DNA from: Acidothermus cellulolyticus 11B
GTDB taxonomy: Bacteria > Actinomycetota > Actinomycetes > Acidothermales > Acidothermaceae
Assembly: GCF_000015025.1 (NCBI RefSeq)
Contig: NC_008578.1
Span: 1,860,001 to 1,892,000 of the forward strand
DNA length: 32,000 bases
Reading direction: 5' to 3'
Shown here in pieces: positions 9,447 through 18,268 of the stretch. The translations under genes and the position numbers were made by a program. The notes under the pieces were generated by a model. That model did no database searches. It was not told where the DNA came from and worked only from the letters and a program-made list of their open reading frames with translations. Position 1 is the stretch's first letter. Every line of letters begins with the position of its first letter.

Positions 9447-9520
9447 ACCCTATCCACCCCGGCGACGAAGCGACCGGCCGGATTCTGCCGCACCAGCGTC
9501 ATCCGCCGCCATGGCCACAC
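9424..9520. repeat. 25-nt perfect direct repeat (GCGTCATCCGCCGCCATGGCCACAC) x2, period 72, duplicating the paaI start region
   Basis: Copies at 9424-9448 (contains the paaI start codon on the minus strand) and 9496-9520. The flanks are weakly similar, which suggests an old 72-bp tandem duplication. Confidence 0.85.
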
Positions 9521-9577
9521 TCACTCCACCGCGCGTACAACGGCGAAGAATTCCCGGCACGCGCCGATATTGGGAAC

Positions 9578-11571
9578 ATGAGCCGGCCGTCTCGGACCCG
9601 ACGGTCGATGGTGCACGCCTTTCTGCCGTACGCCGCCGCAAGCCTGATTCCGGTGCTGCTCCTCGGTGTGGCGCTCGCCCTCGGCTACCGCGCCCAGGCA
9701 CGGGCGAACGGGATCGCGCGGGCGCAATCGCAGGCGCATCTCCTCGCGCAGACCGCGATCGAGCCCATCCTCGACGGCACGCCGCTTGGCGTCGCCCTTC
9801 CCAGCCAGGAACAGATGAACCTCCAACGGGTGGTCGGCCAAGCGGTCACCGCTGGTTCGATCTTGCGGTTGCGGCTGCGGAATCTTGACGGCACTGTGGT
9901 CTACTCAGACGACGGCTCCGGCTTCTCCGAGCTCCCTGATGACGAGGCCCTGGACGCCGCCCACGGGCAGGTGATCGCCAGGCTCACCCGTCTCGGGACG
10001 GACGCCAATGACCGTGGTCAGCCCGGCGTGCCCGCCGTCGAGGTATACCAGCCGCTCACCGCCGGGACACGCCGCCGCAGCGGGTCGGCGTCCTCGAGCT
10101 CTACCTGCCCTACCAGCCGATCGAGAAGGACATCGCAGCGGGACTCCGCACGACGTACCACAACCTGGCCATCGGACTCGTTGCGCTCTACCTCACCCTG
10201 TTGGTCATCACGGCGTCGGTGACGCGACGGCTGCGCACCGAGGTGGCCCGGAACGCCTACCAGGCGCGGCACGACGCACTGACCGGCCTCCCCAACCGAG
10301 CCGCGTTCCAGCGCAGCGGCGAAGCCGCCGTAGCACGCGCGGTCTCCCGGCGCCTCGGGGTGCGCCGGGAAGGCACGACGGCCGTCGCGGTCATTGATCT
10401 GGACCGGTTCAAGGCGATCAACGACACTCTCGGGCCCCGCAACGGTGACGTCCTGCTTCGACGGATCGCCGAACGGTTGGCGAGCCATACCCGAAAAGGT
10501 GACACGGTGGCGCGGCTCGGTGGTGATGAGTTCGGCCTCATCCTGCGTGACACCGCGGACCCGCACGACGCGTTGTGCCGTATCCGCGGGCTCATCGAGA
10601 GTGAACTCGACGTCGCCGGCATCCCCCTCGCTGTCGAAGCGAGCATCGGCTACGCCGTCACCCCGGACGACGCCGCCACGATCGAGGAATTGCTGCAGTA
10701 CGCGGATGTCGCCGTGCACCACGCCAAGGCGCGGCACCTGGGCGTCGTCCGGTACCACCCGTCGCAGAATCACTACGACGCCGCCAGTCTGAGTCTCATC
10801 AGCGAATTCCGTCGCGCCGTCACGGACAATCAGCTGGTTCTCCACTATCAACCCAAGGCGAAATTGTCGGACGGCGCCGTCGAGGCCATTGAGGCGTTGG
10901 TGCGCTGGCACCATCCGGCGCGCGGCCTGCTCTATCCGGACGTGTTTGTGCCGCTGGTCGAACAGACCGACCTCATCGACGATCTGACTCGTTGGGTGTT
11001 GCGGCACGCTCTGGAGGACCTCGCCACCATCGGTGACCCGCACCTGGCCGTCGCCGTCAACATCTCGGCGCGTAATCTTAGCCGCCACACCTTTGCCGCG
11101 GACGTCAAAGCCGCCGTCCGCCGCGCCGGTATCGAACCGCACCGGCTGGTTCTCGAACTCACCGAAACGGCATTGCTGTTCGACCCGACGCGGGCCCACG
11201 ACGTCTTCACCGACCTCACGTCATACGGAATCCGGGTGAGCATTGACGATTTCGGTCGCGGCCAGACGTCGCTGGGTTACCTGTCGGCGCTGCCGCTCTC
11301 CGAAATAAAGATTGATCGGACATTTGTCCGGGACATGGTGACGAACGCGGCACATGCCGCCATCGTGCGATCAGTCGTGGAACTTGGCCACAATCTGGGC
11401 CTGATCGTCGTAGCGGAGGGCGTCGAGACCGCCGAGGTCGGCGACGAGCTCCGCGAGTGCGGCTGCGACGTCGCGCAGGGGTACTGGTTCGCCCGGCCGA
11501 TGCCGCTCGTTGACCTCCGGCGGTGGCTCGCCGGCAGCGATAGGGGTGACTTTTCGCTCGCCCAGCTGTAG
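9578..11571 (+). pseudogene. Membrane sensor diguanylate cyclase/phosphodiesterase (TM-periplasmic domain-TM-GGDEF-EAL) interrupted by a 1-nt frameshift near 10063-10066
   Basis: The N-terminal part (from ATG 9578: MSRPSRTRRSMVHAFLPYAAASLIPVLLLG...VEVYQPLTAG) is in frame 2. The sensible continuation (DTPPQRVGVLELYLPYQPIEKD...TM2...ALTGLPNR, I-site RKGD, RLGGDEFGL, EALVRW, ELTE, DDFGRGQTS, KIDR, EGVE) is in frame 1, open from 10012. One extra G in the GGG run at 10064-10066 would restore a single protein of about 664 aa. The ORF track splits it as 9386..10222 and 10201..11571. Confidence 0.8.
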
Positions 11572-11722
11572 GGTGCCGCCAACGCGTCCGTGCCGACGGA
11601 ACCGCTCAGCAGGCATGTGTGTCGAGGGTTGAGCTCTCCCCCGACGACCCGCGGGTTGAGCGCGGGTAGCCGAGCCGGTTGCGTGCGACGGGACAGGTGC
11701 GTTCGCAGACAGGGGGTCTGAC

Positions 11723-13699
11723 ATGGGGAACCCAAGACGCTGGGCGAAAAGGATGGCCACCCCGCGACGCCGGCCGGTGCGACGTCTGACGATCGTTGCG
11801 GCAGCCAGCTCCCTCGGCGTCGTGATCTCGTCATTCGCTGCTCCGCTCGCCGCGCACGCCAGCCCCGCGCGGTCGCCGGTCCCGCACAGCCGGCCAGGCT
11901 GGCTCACGCATGCCCGGGACCTCGGGCGAGCCCCCGCCACGGCCGCCGTCCAGGCACGCATTTATCTGGCGCCGAACGGCGGGCTTGACGCGTTGGCCGC
12001 CCGGGCGCTTGCCGTGTCGACCCCCGGGTCCGCCGACTACGGGCATTTCCTCTCACCAGCGGAATACTTCGCGGAATTCGGCACCACCGACGCGACCGTC
12101 CGGGCGGTCACCCGGTGGCTCACGAGCTCGGGTCTCACCGTGACCGGGGTCGAAGCCCACAACCGTTACCTCGACATCACGGGCTCGGTCGCCGCTGCGG
12201 AGCGTGCGTTCGGCGTGCACATCCACGCCTACAGCCATGACGGGCAGACGGTGCAGGCACCCGATGACACACTCACGACGCCGGCGGACCTCGCCGACGA
12301 CGTCCTCGCCGTCGACGGCATTGACACGACGCCGAACATCGTCCGGCCCGCTCTCGCGGCCGGGGCGGTCCCTTATCGGGGAGCGCCGATCCCGCCTCCC
12401 GCCGGCTTCCGCAACGCTGCGCCCTGTTCCTCTTACTACGGGGAGAAACTCGCCACCGATCTCCCATCATTCAACGGGCAGGCCCTGCCGTACGCCGTCT
12501 GCGGATACGTGGGCGCGCAATTCCGCTCGGCGTATGAGGGCGCCACGACGCTGGACGGCACCGGCATCACCGTCGGGATCACCGACGCGTACGCATCGCC
12601 GACCATCGCAGCCGACGCGGCCACGTACGCTGTCCGGAACGGGGACCGGCCCTATGCGCCCGGCCAATTGACCCAGAGCCTTCCCCGCACGTTCACCAAC
12701 ACCAAGCTGTGTGATGCATCCGGGTGGTTTGGCGAAGAGACGCTGGACGTCGAAGCGGTCCACGCCATGGCGCAAGGCGCCAAAATCCGGTATTACGCAT
12801 CGTCAAGTTGCCTGGACCGGGATCTGCTGGATGCCTTTGCCCGCATCAACGACGAGGCACGCGTCCAGATCGTGTCGAATTCCTGGGGCGCGGTCGAGCA
12901 GAGCGAGCACCGTTCGACGATTCTCGCCTACGAACAGGCGTTTCTCCAAGGCGCTGTCGAGGGCATCAGCTACGTCTTCTCCTCCGGCGACAGCGGCGAT
13001 GAGGTCGCGAGCAGCGGTACGAAGCAGACGGATTACCCCGCATCGGATCCCTTTGTGACCGCTGTCGGCGGTACGGCGACGGCTATTGACGCGACGGGCC
13101 GGCTCGCCTGGGAAACCGGCTGGGGCACATACCGGTATGCGCTGGCGCCGGACGGAACCGCCTGGTCGTCGTCCGGGACATTTCTGTACGGATCCGGCGG
13201 CGGGGAGTCGACGGTATTCGCGCAACCTATTTACCAGCAGGGAATAACACCCGCCGGTGCCCGCGGCGTGCCTGATGTGGCGATGGACGCCGACGTGACG
13301 ACCGGGATGCTGGTCGGCCAGACGCAAGCCTTCCCGGACGGCACGTATTACGACCAGTACCGTATCGGCGGCACGAGCCTGGCGGCGCCGCTCTTCGCCG
13401 GCATGACGGCGCTCACGTTCCAGCATGCGCGCGGCGGTGTCGGGTTGCTGAATCCGACTATTTACCGAAACGCCGGCACGGGTGTCTTCACCGACGTCAC
13501 CGGGCCCGGTCCGGACCCAGGAAACGTTCGCGTGGATTATGCCGATGGTGTCGACGCCGCCCAGGGTGTCGTTGCAACGGTCCGGACCTTCAACCAGGAT
13601 TCCAGCCTCGCGGTGGGACCCGGTTGGGATCCGGTGACCGGGCTCGGCAGTGCGAATGCCGGCTGGTTGACGGCTATTCCCCCGCGGGCACGGCGATAA
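11723..13699 (+). CDS. Secreted S53 (sedolisin/kumamolisin-like) serine-carboxyl peptidase with pro-kumamolisin activation domain; catalytic motifs intact
   Basis: Arg-rich signal (PRRRPVRRLTIVAAASS...APLAAHA, possibly Tat). Prodomain-like segment ...VTRWLTSSGLTV...GSVAAAERAF. Catalytic motifs GEETLDVE (Glu/Asp), SSGDSGD (oxyanion Asp) and IGGTSLAAPLFAG (Ser). Confidence 0.85.
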   Translation: MGNPRRWAKRMATPRRRPVRRLTIVAAASSLGVVISSFAAPLAAHASPARSPVPHSRPGWLTHARDLGRAPATAAVQARIYLAPNGGLDALAARALAVSTPGSADYGHFLSPAEYFAEFGTTDATVRAVTRWLTSSGLTVTGVEAHNRYLDITGSVAAAERAFGVHIHAYSHDGQTVQAPDDTLTTPADLADDVLAVDGIDTTPNIVRPALAAGAVPYRGAPIPPPAGFRNAAPCSSYYGEKLATDLPSFNGQALPYAVCGYVGAQFRSAYEGATTLDGTGITVGITDAYASPTIAADAATYAVRNGDRPYAPGQLTQSLPRTFTNTKLCDASGWFGEETLDVEAVHAMAQGAKIRYYASSSCLDRDLLDAFARINDEARVQIVSNSWGAVEQSEHRSTILAYEQAFLQGAVEGISYVFSSGDSGDEVASSGTKQTDYPASDPFVTAVGGTATAIDATGRLAWETGWGTYRYALAPDGTAWSSSGTFLYGSGGGESTVFAQPIYQQGITPAGARGVPDVAMDADVTTGMLVGQTQAFPDGTYYDQYRIGGTSLAAPLFAGMTALTFQHARGGVGLLNPTIYRNAGTGVFTDVTGPGPDPGNVRVDYADGVDAAQGVVATVRTFNQDSSLAVGPGWDPVTGLGSANAGWLTAIPPRARR

Positions 13700-13705
13700 C
13701 GGAGA

Positions 13706-14368
13706 TCAGCCCGAGGGCGGCCGCGGTCTCAGCCGGACGCAACACCCGCCGGGCAGGGGGTCGACGACGGCGTCCAGTTCCTTGATGCCGAGACCCTCGA
13801 GCAGGCCGGTGACCAACGACTGGTTCATCGCGCAGACCGTCTCCGCGTCAGCCTCGACAAGCGCATGGAACGGGCAATTGGCGAATGCGTGACCGCCGTC
13901 CCGCTCGATCGGCTGGTAGCCGAGCCTGGTGAGGACCTCGTCGAGCGGCCGGCCGGTCAGCGTGCCACCAAGCCGTCGTCCCACCTCGACCGCGGCCGCG
14001 CAGAGCTCAGCCGTCGCGCGCGCAGCACACACGCTCCTTAACAAGATTTCTGCCGCGAGCTCATACCGGCGCGGCGGCAGGCTCGCTATCACATCGCGAT
14101 TGCGCACGGCATACCACTTGGCGGGCCGCCCAGCGCCCGGTCCGCCGCGGCCGGCGGGCCGGGCGAACGTCACGTCGAGCAGGCCGGTCCGCGCCAGCGC
14201 CTCCAGATGAAAGGTCGCGAGAGGTCGGCCGATACCGACCAGCTGTGCGACGTCATCGCGGGTGAGCGGCCTGGCCGCGGCGCGCACCGCTTCGTAGACA
14301 CGTCGCCGGGTCGGCTCGGCTAAACAGCCGATCACACCCCAATCCGGTGCTGACGATGACGGGTCCAC
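13706..14368 (-). CDS. Helix-turn-helix (ArsR/winged-helix-like) transcriptional regulator
   Basis: LAEPTRRRVYEAVRAAARPLTRDDVAQLVGIGRPLATFHLEALARTGLL is a winged-HTH segment. The C-terminal part (NCPFHAL...VCAMNQSL) is seen in a common actinobacterial regulator family. The ORF track runs to 14749 but would overlap folE. GTG 14368 (TACTTT -10-like box 7 nt upstream, possibly leaderless) or GTG 14335 is more plausible. Confidence 0.7.
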   Translation of the reverse strand: MDPSSSAPDWGVIGCLAEPTRRRVYEAVRAAARPLTRDDVAQLVGIGRPLATFHLEALARTGLLDVTFARPAGRGGPGAGRPAKWYAVRNRDVIASLPPRRYELAAEILLRSVCAARATAELCAAAVEVGRRLGGTLTGRPLDEVLTRLGYQPIERDGGHAFANCPFHALVEADAETVCAMNQSLVTGLLEGLGIKELDAVVDPLPGGCCVRLRPRPPSG

Positions 14369-14392
14369 GGTTCTAAAAGTAATACATATTGC

Positions 14393-14412
14393 TGTTAGAC
14401 TTCGGTCTGACA
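14393..14412. promoter_or_regulatory. Imperfect palindrome TGTTAGAC-TTCG-GTCTGACA in the HTH/folE divergent intergenic region
   Basis: A 7/8 inverted repeat read directly, 18 nt upstream of the folE ATG, in an AT-rich stretch of about 60 bp. Candidate operator for the divergent regulator, or a 5'-UTR hairpin. Confidence 0.3.
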
Positions 14413-14429
14413 GGCGGAAGGGTGAAGGC

Positions 14430-15068
14430 ATGCGCAGCCAAGAAACGATCAGCGACGTGGTTCCAGACACCCCATTACCCGACGGCCGACACCCCGTGCT
14501 GCGCGTGATCCCCCAGCCGAGCATCGACCTGGCCGCTGCCGAGCGGGCCGCGGCGGCTTTCCTGCACGCTCTCGGGATCGACCTCGACAGCGAGGTGATG
14601 GCGCAGACTCCGAAGCGGATGGCCCGTGGCTTTGCCGAGCTGCTCGAACCCCGGGAATTCACCTTGACCACGTTTCCCAACACGGAGCGGTACGACGAAA
14701 TGGTCGCCGCACGGCACATTCCCTTTGTGTCCCTCTGCGAGCACCACATGTTCCCATTCGTCGGATTCGCGACCGTCGGCTATCTCCCGGGCGACCGCAT
14801 TCTTGGGCTTTCGAAACTGGCACGAGTCGTTGAGCACTTTGCGCGACGACCGCAGGTTCAGGAACGCTTCACCGCTCAAATCGCCCGTTGGCTCGATGAG
14901 CACCTCGGACCACGCGGCGTCGGCGTAATCGTCGACGCGGAACATCTGTGCATGACCATACGCGGGGTACGAGCGACGGGAGCACGGACGACGACGTCGG
15001 CCCTGCTCGGGGCATTCCGCGACGACCCTCGGGTCCGCGCCGAATTCCTCGACCTTGCCGGCGACTAG
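14430..15068 (+). CDS. folE: GTP cyclohydrolase I (type 1)
   Basis: Motifs QTPKRMA, SLCEHHMFPF, LGLSKLARVVEHFARRPQVQERFT and EHLCM. RBS GAAGGGTGAAGG lies before ATG 14430. Confidence 0.9.
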   Translation: MRSQETISDVVPDTPLPDGRHPVLRVIPQPSIDLAAAERAAAAFLHALGIDLDSEVMAQTPKRMARGFAELLEPREFTLTTFPNTERYDEMVAARHIPFVSLCEHHMFPFVGFATVGYLPGDRILGLSKLARVVEHFARRPQVQERFTAQIARWLDEHLGPRGVGVIVDAEHLCMTIRGVRATGARTTTSALLGAFRDDPRVRAEFLDLAGD

Positions 15069-15299
15069 CGGACCGTCGGTGCTGCCGGCCCCGGCGTGAT
15101 CGCGACTGCGAACCCGCGCACCGACCCCGGACGAAGCCCATCCGGAGCGACGCCGCCTAATGAGACTCGGCGACCCTGCCGGTTGCAGACTCGTGGTTGG
15201 TGGCCGACTCGGTGGGTGAGCACTCGTTGGCTCCAAGCGCCTCCGCAAGGGGAACCCTCGCGGAGAGAGCGTGCCCTCACCGGTTCGGGAGGATGAAAT

Positions 15300-16700
15300 C
15301 GCTGATGGAATGTCGTGCCGCGTTGCGTCGAGCACTGTTCATTAGGTCGCCGAAAATCCTCCTGACAGTCACCGTCATTTGAGTCGAATCGGTGAAGGGA
15401 GTAGCGGGTGCCGTTCGTCGGAGACGACTGCGCTGAAGATCATCACGATGTCGAGGTGCAAGACGTCTTGGGGCGGATGCTGGCGCGAGCCCGCCTCCCC
15501 GAGGGCGCGGTAGGCGTCAGCCGGCTGCATGAGCTGATCGGGCGGCTCGCTGAGGAGATCGTGGACGCCGACGACGTCGCGGAGGAAGCCGGGGCGCCGG
15601 TTGTCGCGGTGGGCCATCGAGACCGATCGCGGGCCTTGGGTTTTGGCGCTGGTGGCCGCTGGCTACCAGGTGTTCGGCATCAATCCGTTGCAGGCGGCCC
15701 GATATCGTGACCGGCGAAGCGTGTCCGGGGCGAAAAGCGATGTCACTGACGCACACGTGCTGGCCGACATGGTGCGCGTGGACGCGCACCAGCTGCGCAC
15801 GGTCGCCGCCGACAGCGCCCAGGCCGCCGCGGTCAAGGTGATGGCCCGGACGCACAAGATGTTGATCTGGGAACGCACCCGGCATGCGCAGCGGCTGCGG
15901 CACGCGCTGCTCGACTTCTTCCCGGCCGCGTTGGAGGCGTTTGAGGATCTGACCGCGCCCGAGGCGTTGGAGCTGCTCGCCAGGGCGCCCGATCCTGGCT
16001 CCGCCGCCCGGTTGACCTCGACGCAGATCACCGCCGCGCTCAAGCGGGCGAACCGCCGTGATGTGCCTGGCCGGACGGCGGCGATCAGGGCCGCGCTGCG
16101 GTCTGCCCACCATCTGGGCCAGCCCGAGCCGGTCACGGCCGCCTACGCGGCCACGGTCCGGGCGTTGGCCGGGGTGCTGGTGGCGATCAACAGCCAGATC
16201 GGAGTCCTGCAAGGCGAGGTCGAGTCGTCTTTCAGCCGGCACCCGGACGCTGAGATTTACCTGTCCCAGCCCGGGCTGGGACCGATCCTGGGCGCCCGGG
16301 TGCTCGTCGAGTTCGAAGACGCCCCGGCGCGCTATGCCAGCGCGAAATGCCAAAAGAACTACGCCGGGACCTCCCCGATCACCCGCCAGTCCGGGAAGAA
16401 GAGAACCGTGCTCGCCCGCCACGTCCACAACGATCGGCTCGTCGACGCGCTGAACACACAGGCGTTCGCCGCGGTCAAGGCGTCTGCTGGGGCGCGCGTC
16501 TACTACGAGCAGCTGCGCTTGCGCGGCGCAGGTCACAACGCCCCCTTGCGCCAAGTCGCGAACCGGCTCGTCGGCATCGCGCATGGCTGTCTCAAAACCC
16601 GCACCCTCTACGACGAAGCCACCGCCTGGGCACACCACCCAGTCGAATCCGCAGCCTGACACCGAAACGCGGTCGGCGGCTAGGGGATGGCCCCCTCGCC
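15300..16700 (+). mobile_element. IS110-family insertion sequence (boundaries approximate)
   Basis: Contains the IS110-type DEDD transposase gene. IS110 elements lack clear terminal inverted repeats, so the ends cannot be fixed from one copy. G+C drops around 15330-15400 just upstream of the transposase RBS. Confidence 0.45.
15408..16659 (+). pseudogene. IS110-family transposase (DEDD N-domain + Transposase_20-like C-domain) with a 1-nt frameshift near 15611-15613
   Basis: The N-terminus VPFVGDDCAEDHHDVEVQD...GAPVVAV is in frame 0 (GTG 15408, RBS GAAGGGAG). The continuation AIETDRGPWVLALVAAGYQVFGINPLQAARYRDR...KSDVTDAHVLADMVR... is in frame 1 (ORF-track 15601..16659). Removing one G from the GGG run at 15611-15613 joins them into a typical protein of about 416 aa. 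Confidence 0.8.
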
Positions 16701-16952
16701 GCGCGATCGTGAACGTACGGGGTGGTATCCCGAGCGCACACGGGTCACCGCATCGTCGAGCGCGGTCTGCCCGATCACGACCGACCGGACGGGCTTCCTG
16801 GAGCCGCAGGGCGCGGCCTCAAGCACTGTCCAATCGCGCGCGCGGAATCGTTGACTGTCCTCGTTGATACGTGGACAAGATGTGATCTTCACCATGGTCG
16901 GTAGCTCTGGACTGGAACCCTCGTTTTTTGTTACTGTTGGTCCGTACTACTG

Positions 16953-17684
16953 TTGGTCCATTCGAGTTCGCAGTGTTCCGTTCGGGGGGCTGCGCAAGAC
17001 AACGGAGGAGGGCATATTTTTGTTAGTAGGGCTTTTGTTCGTAGGGCCACACTCGCCGGAGCCGCTTTGGCCGCCGTCGGCGGCTTGCTGGCGGGTGCGC
17101 CGATCGCCAGCGCAGCGACTTCGAAAACCTCGTCGGCCGCGACTGCCAGTCGCGGAATGGCGGTTGCTGAGCAGGTCTTCGCGTCGTCCAATCCGCGAGC
17201 GGAGTACGACAAGTTGAATGCGTCGGACAAGGCTTCGTTCGATGCGGTCGAGACACCATCATCGGTGACCCACACTGTCGTCATCCGCGGTCTCGGCGCA
17301 AACGCAGGCAAGACGGTTGACTCGCTCGCGGCCGCGTCCAGCGGTTCATGGTGGGTCTCCGCCAGCTGGGACGAGAAAGCCCTAGCCGGAAACACGCTGT
17401 TCAGCTACGGACAGGAAACCAAGGTGTACGTCAGCGGTGGCAGAGTAACGAGCGTGCAAGTGTTGAACATGTACTCCGAGACCTCGACGCCTGGCTGGTA
17501 TCAGAACGGACCCAACCGGTCGTACACGAACAATGTGGGCTGGGAAGGCCGCGGGATTATCCAAGTCGACTACGCATTAGGCGTCAACGGCTGGAACATC
17601 CAGCACGTCACTCCTTGTGGGCAACTGCGATTGAACGCAAACGGGTACAACTATGCCGTAAGCTCGTCATGCAACCCTAACTGA
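16953..17684 (+). CDS. Hypothetical secreted protein (Tat-like signal), no recognisable family; lower G+C than surroundings
   Basis: Signal ...SRAFVRRATLAGAALAAVGGLLAGAPIASA-ATS, then a Ser/Thr/Asn/Gly/Trp-rich, beta-looking mature part with two C-terminal Cys. The start is uncertain: either TTG 16953 with no RBS, or in-frame ATT 17016 seven nt after a perfect GGAGGAGGG. Confidence 0.6.
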   Translation: MVHSSSQCSVRGAAQDNGGGHIFVSRAFVRRATLAGAALAAVGGLLAGAPIASAATSKTSSAATASRGMAVAEQVFASSNPRAEYDKLNASDKASFDAVETPSSVTHTVVIRGLGANAGKTVDSLAAASSGSWWVSASWDEKALAGNTLFSYGQETKVYVSGGRVTSVQVLNMYSETSTPGWYQNGPNRSYTNNVGWEGRGIIQVDYALGVNGWNIQHVTPCGQLRLNANGYNYAVSSSCNPN

Positions 17685-17704
17685 TCTAGCACGGGAGTGT
17701 AGTC

Positions 17705-17998
17705 ATGACGGTTCAGTCTCGTTCACCGGTTGGCGGCACGGTTCGCGCGGTAGTTCCAGTGGTGGCGGCGATCGCCAGCGTGCTTTTGCTCGTCCTTCCC
17801 TTGGTGACACCGTTTGTCGCTGCGGGCGGGATGGTCGTGTCCTACCTGGCGGGCCGCGGCGACAAGCGTACGATCTTCAAGGTGACGTTCGTCGTGTGTG
17901 CGCTCGTGTTTGTCGGCGCGCTCGTGATGGACAGCACTTTGCTTGGCGCGAGCGTCTCCCCAGGCCGTCCCAGCATCGGACACGCGCCGAACAGCTGA
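17705..17998 (+). CDS. Small hypothetical membrane protein (97 aa, about 3 TM helices)
   Basis: ATG 17705 follows GGGAG and lies 20 nt downstream of the preceding stop, so it is probably co-transcribed. Hydrophobic segments are VVPVVAAIASVLLLVLPLV, FVAAGGMVVSYLA and VTFVVCALVFVGALVM. Confidence 0.55.
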   Translation: MTVQSRSPVGGTVRAVVPVVAAIASVLLLVLPLVTPFVAAGGMVVSYLAGRGDKRTIFKVTFVVCALVFVGALVMDSTLLGASVSPGRPSIGHAPNS

Positions 17999-18013
17999 CA
18001 GCCGCATGTGCAT

Positions 18014-18044
18014 CTGGACGTCAACCATTTCGGTTGACGTCCAG
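18014..18044 (+). terminator. Strong hairpin: 13-bp perfect stem CTGGACGTCAACC / GGTTGACGTCCAG, 5-nt loop
   Basis: Read directly. It lies 16 nt after the stop of the small membrane-protein gene. There is no strong U-tract, as is common for actinobacterial terminators. Confidence 0.6.
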
Positions 18045-18268
18045 ATCTGTTGCAACTCAAAGACCCCACCTTTCCCGCTCGCGCGCCGAGCCCGCGTCAA
18101 ACCTGATTCCGACTTCACCGATCTAAAGCGCTGGTCCAGAACCCGACGAGGGCCGCGACTGGTCCGACCCTTTCATGAACTCCGGTGCCGGGCACAGGCT
18201 CCCCGTCTCCCGCATCCGTGAGAACAGTGACGCAGTTAACTTGAAAACGAAGCTCCAGGGATGTCTCT

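Noticed and set aside
10018-11199. Long antisense ORFs opposite real genes (10018..11199 -, 15517..16662 -, 23273..24346 +, 5206..6126 -, 5778..6686 -, 3882..4691 -, 24868..23968 region)
   Set aside because: Each lies antisense to, or overlaps, a gene with clear family motifs. Their products are Arg/Gly/Pro-rich with no recognisable motifs. Stop-codon scarcity in high-GC DNA is expected to produce them.
16660-16952. Possible gene fragment or promoter between the IS110 transposase and the orphan secreted-protein gene (ORF 16680..16895 -; 12-nt direct repeat TACTGTTGGTCC at 16932 and 16948; T-run at 16925-16930)
   Set aside because: The ORF product has no recognisable motif and no RBS. The repeat and T-run are real but too short to assign a function. 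They may include the right end of the IS, which cannot be delimited from a single copy.
18207-18237. Possible third, degenerate CRISPR repeat one period upstream of repeat 1
   Set aside because: Only a CGCAT-CC fragment matches and the rest is at chance level. The same holds for the position one period downstream (about 18393), which lies inside ligD (about 12/29 matches).
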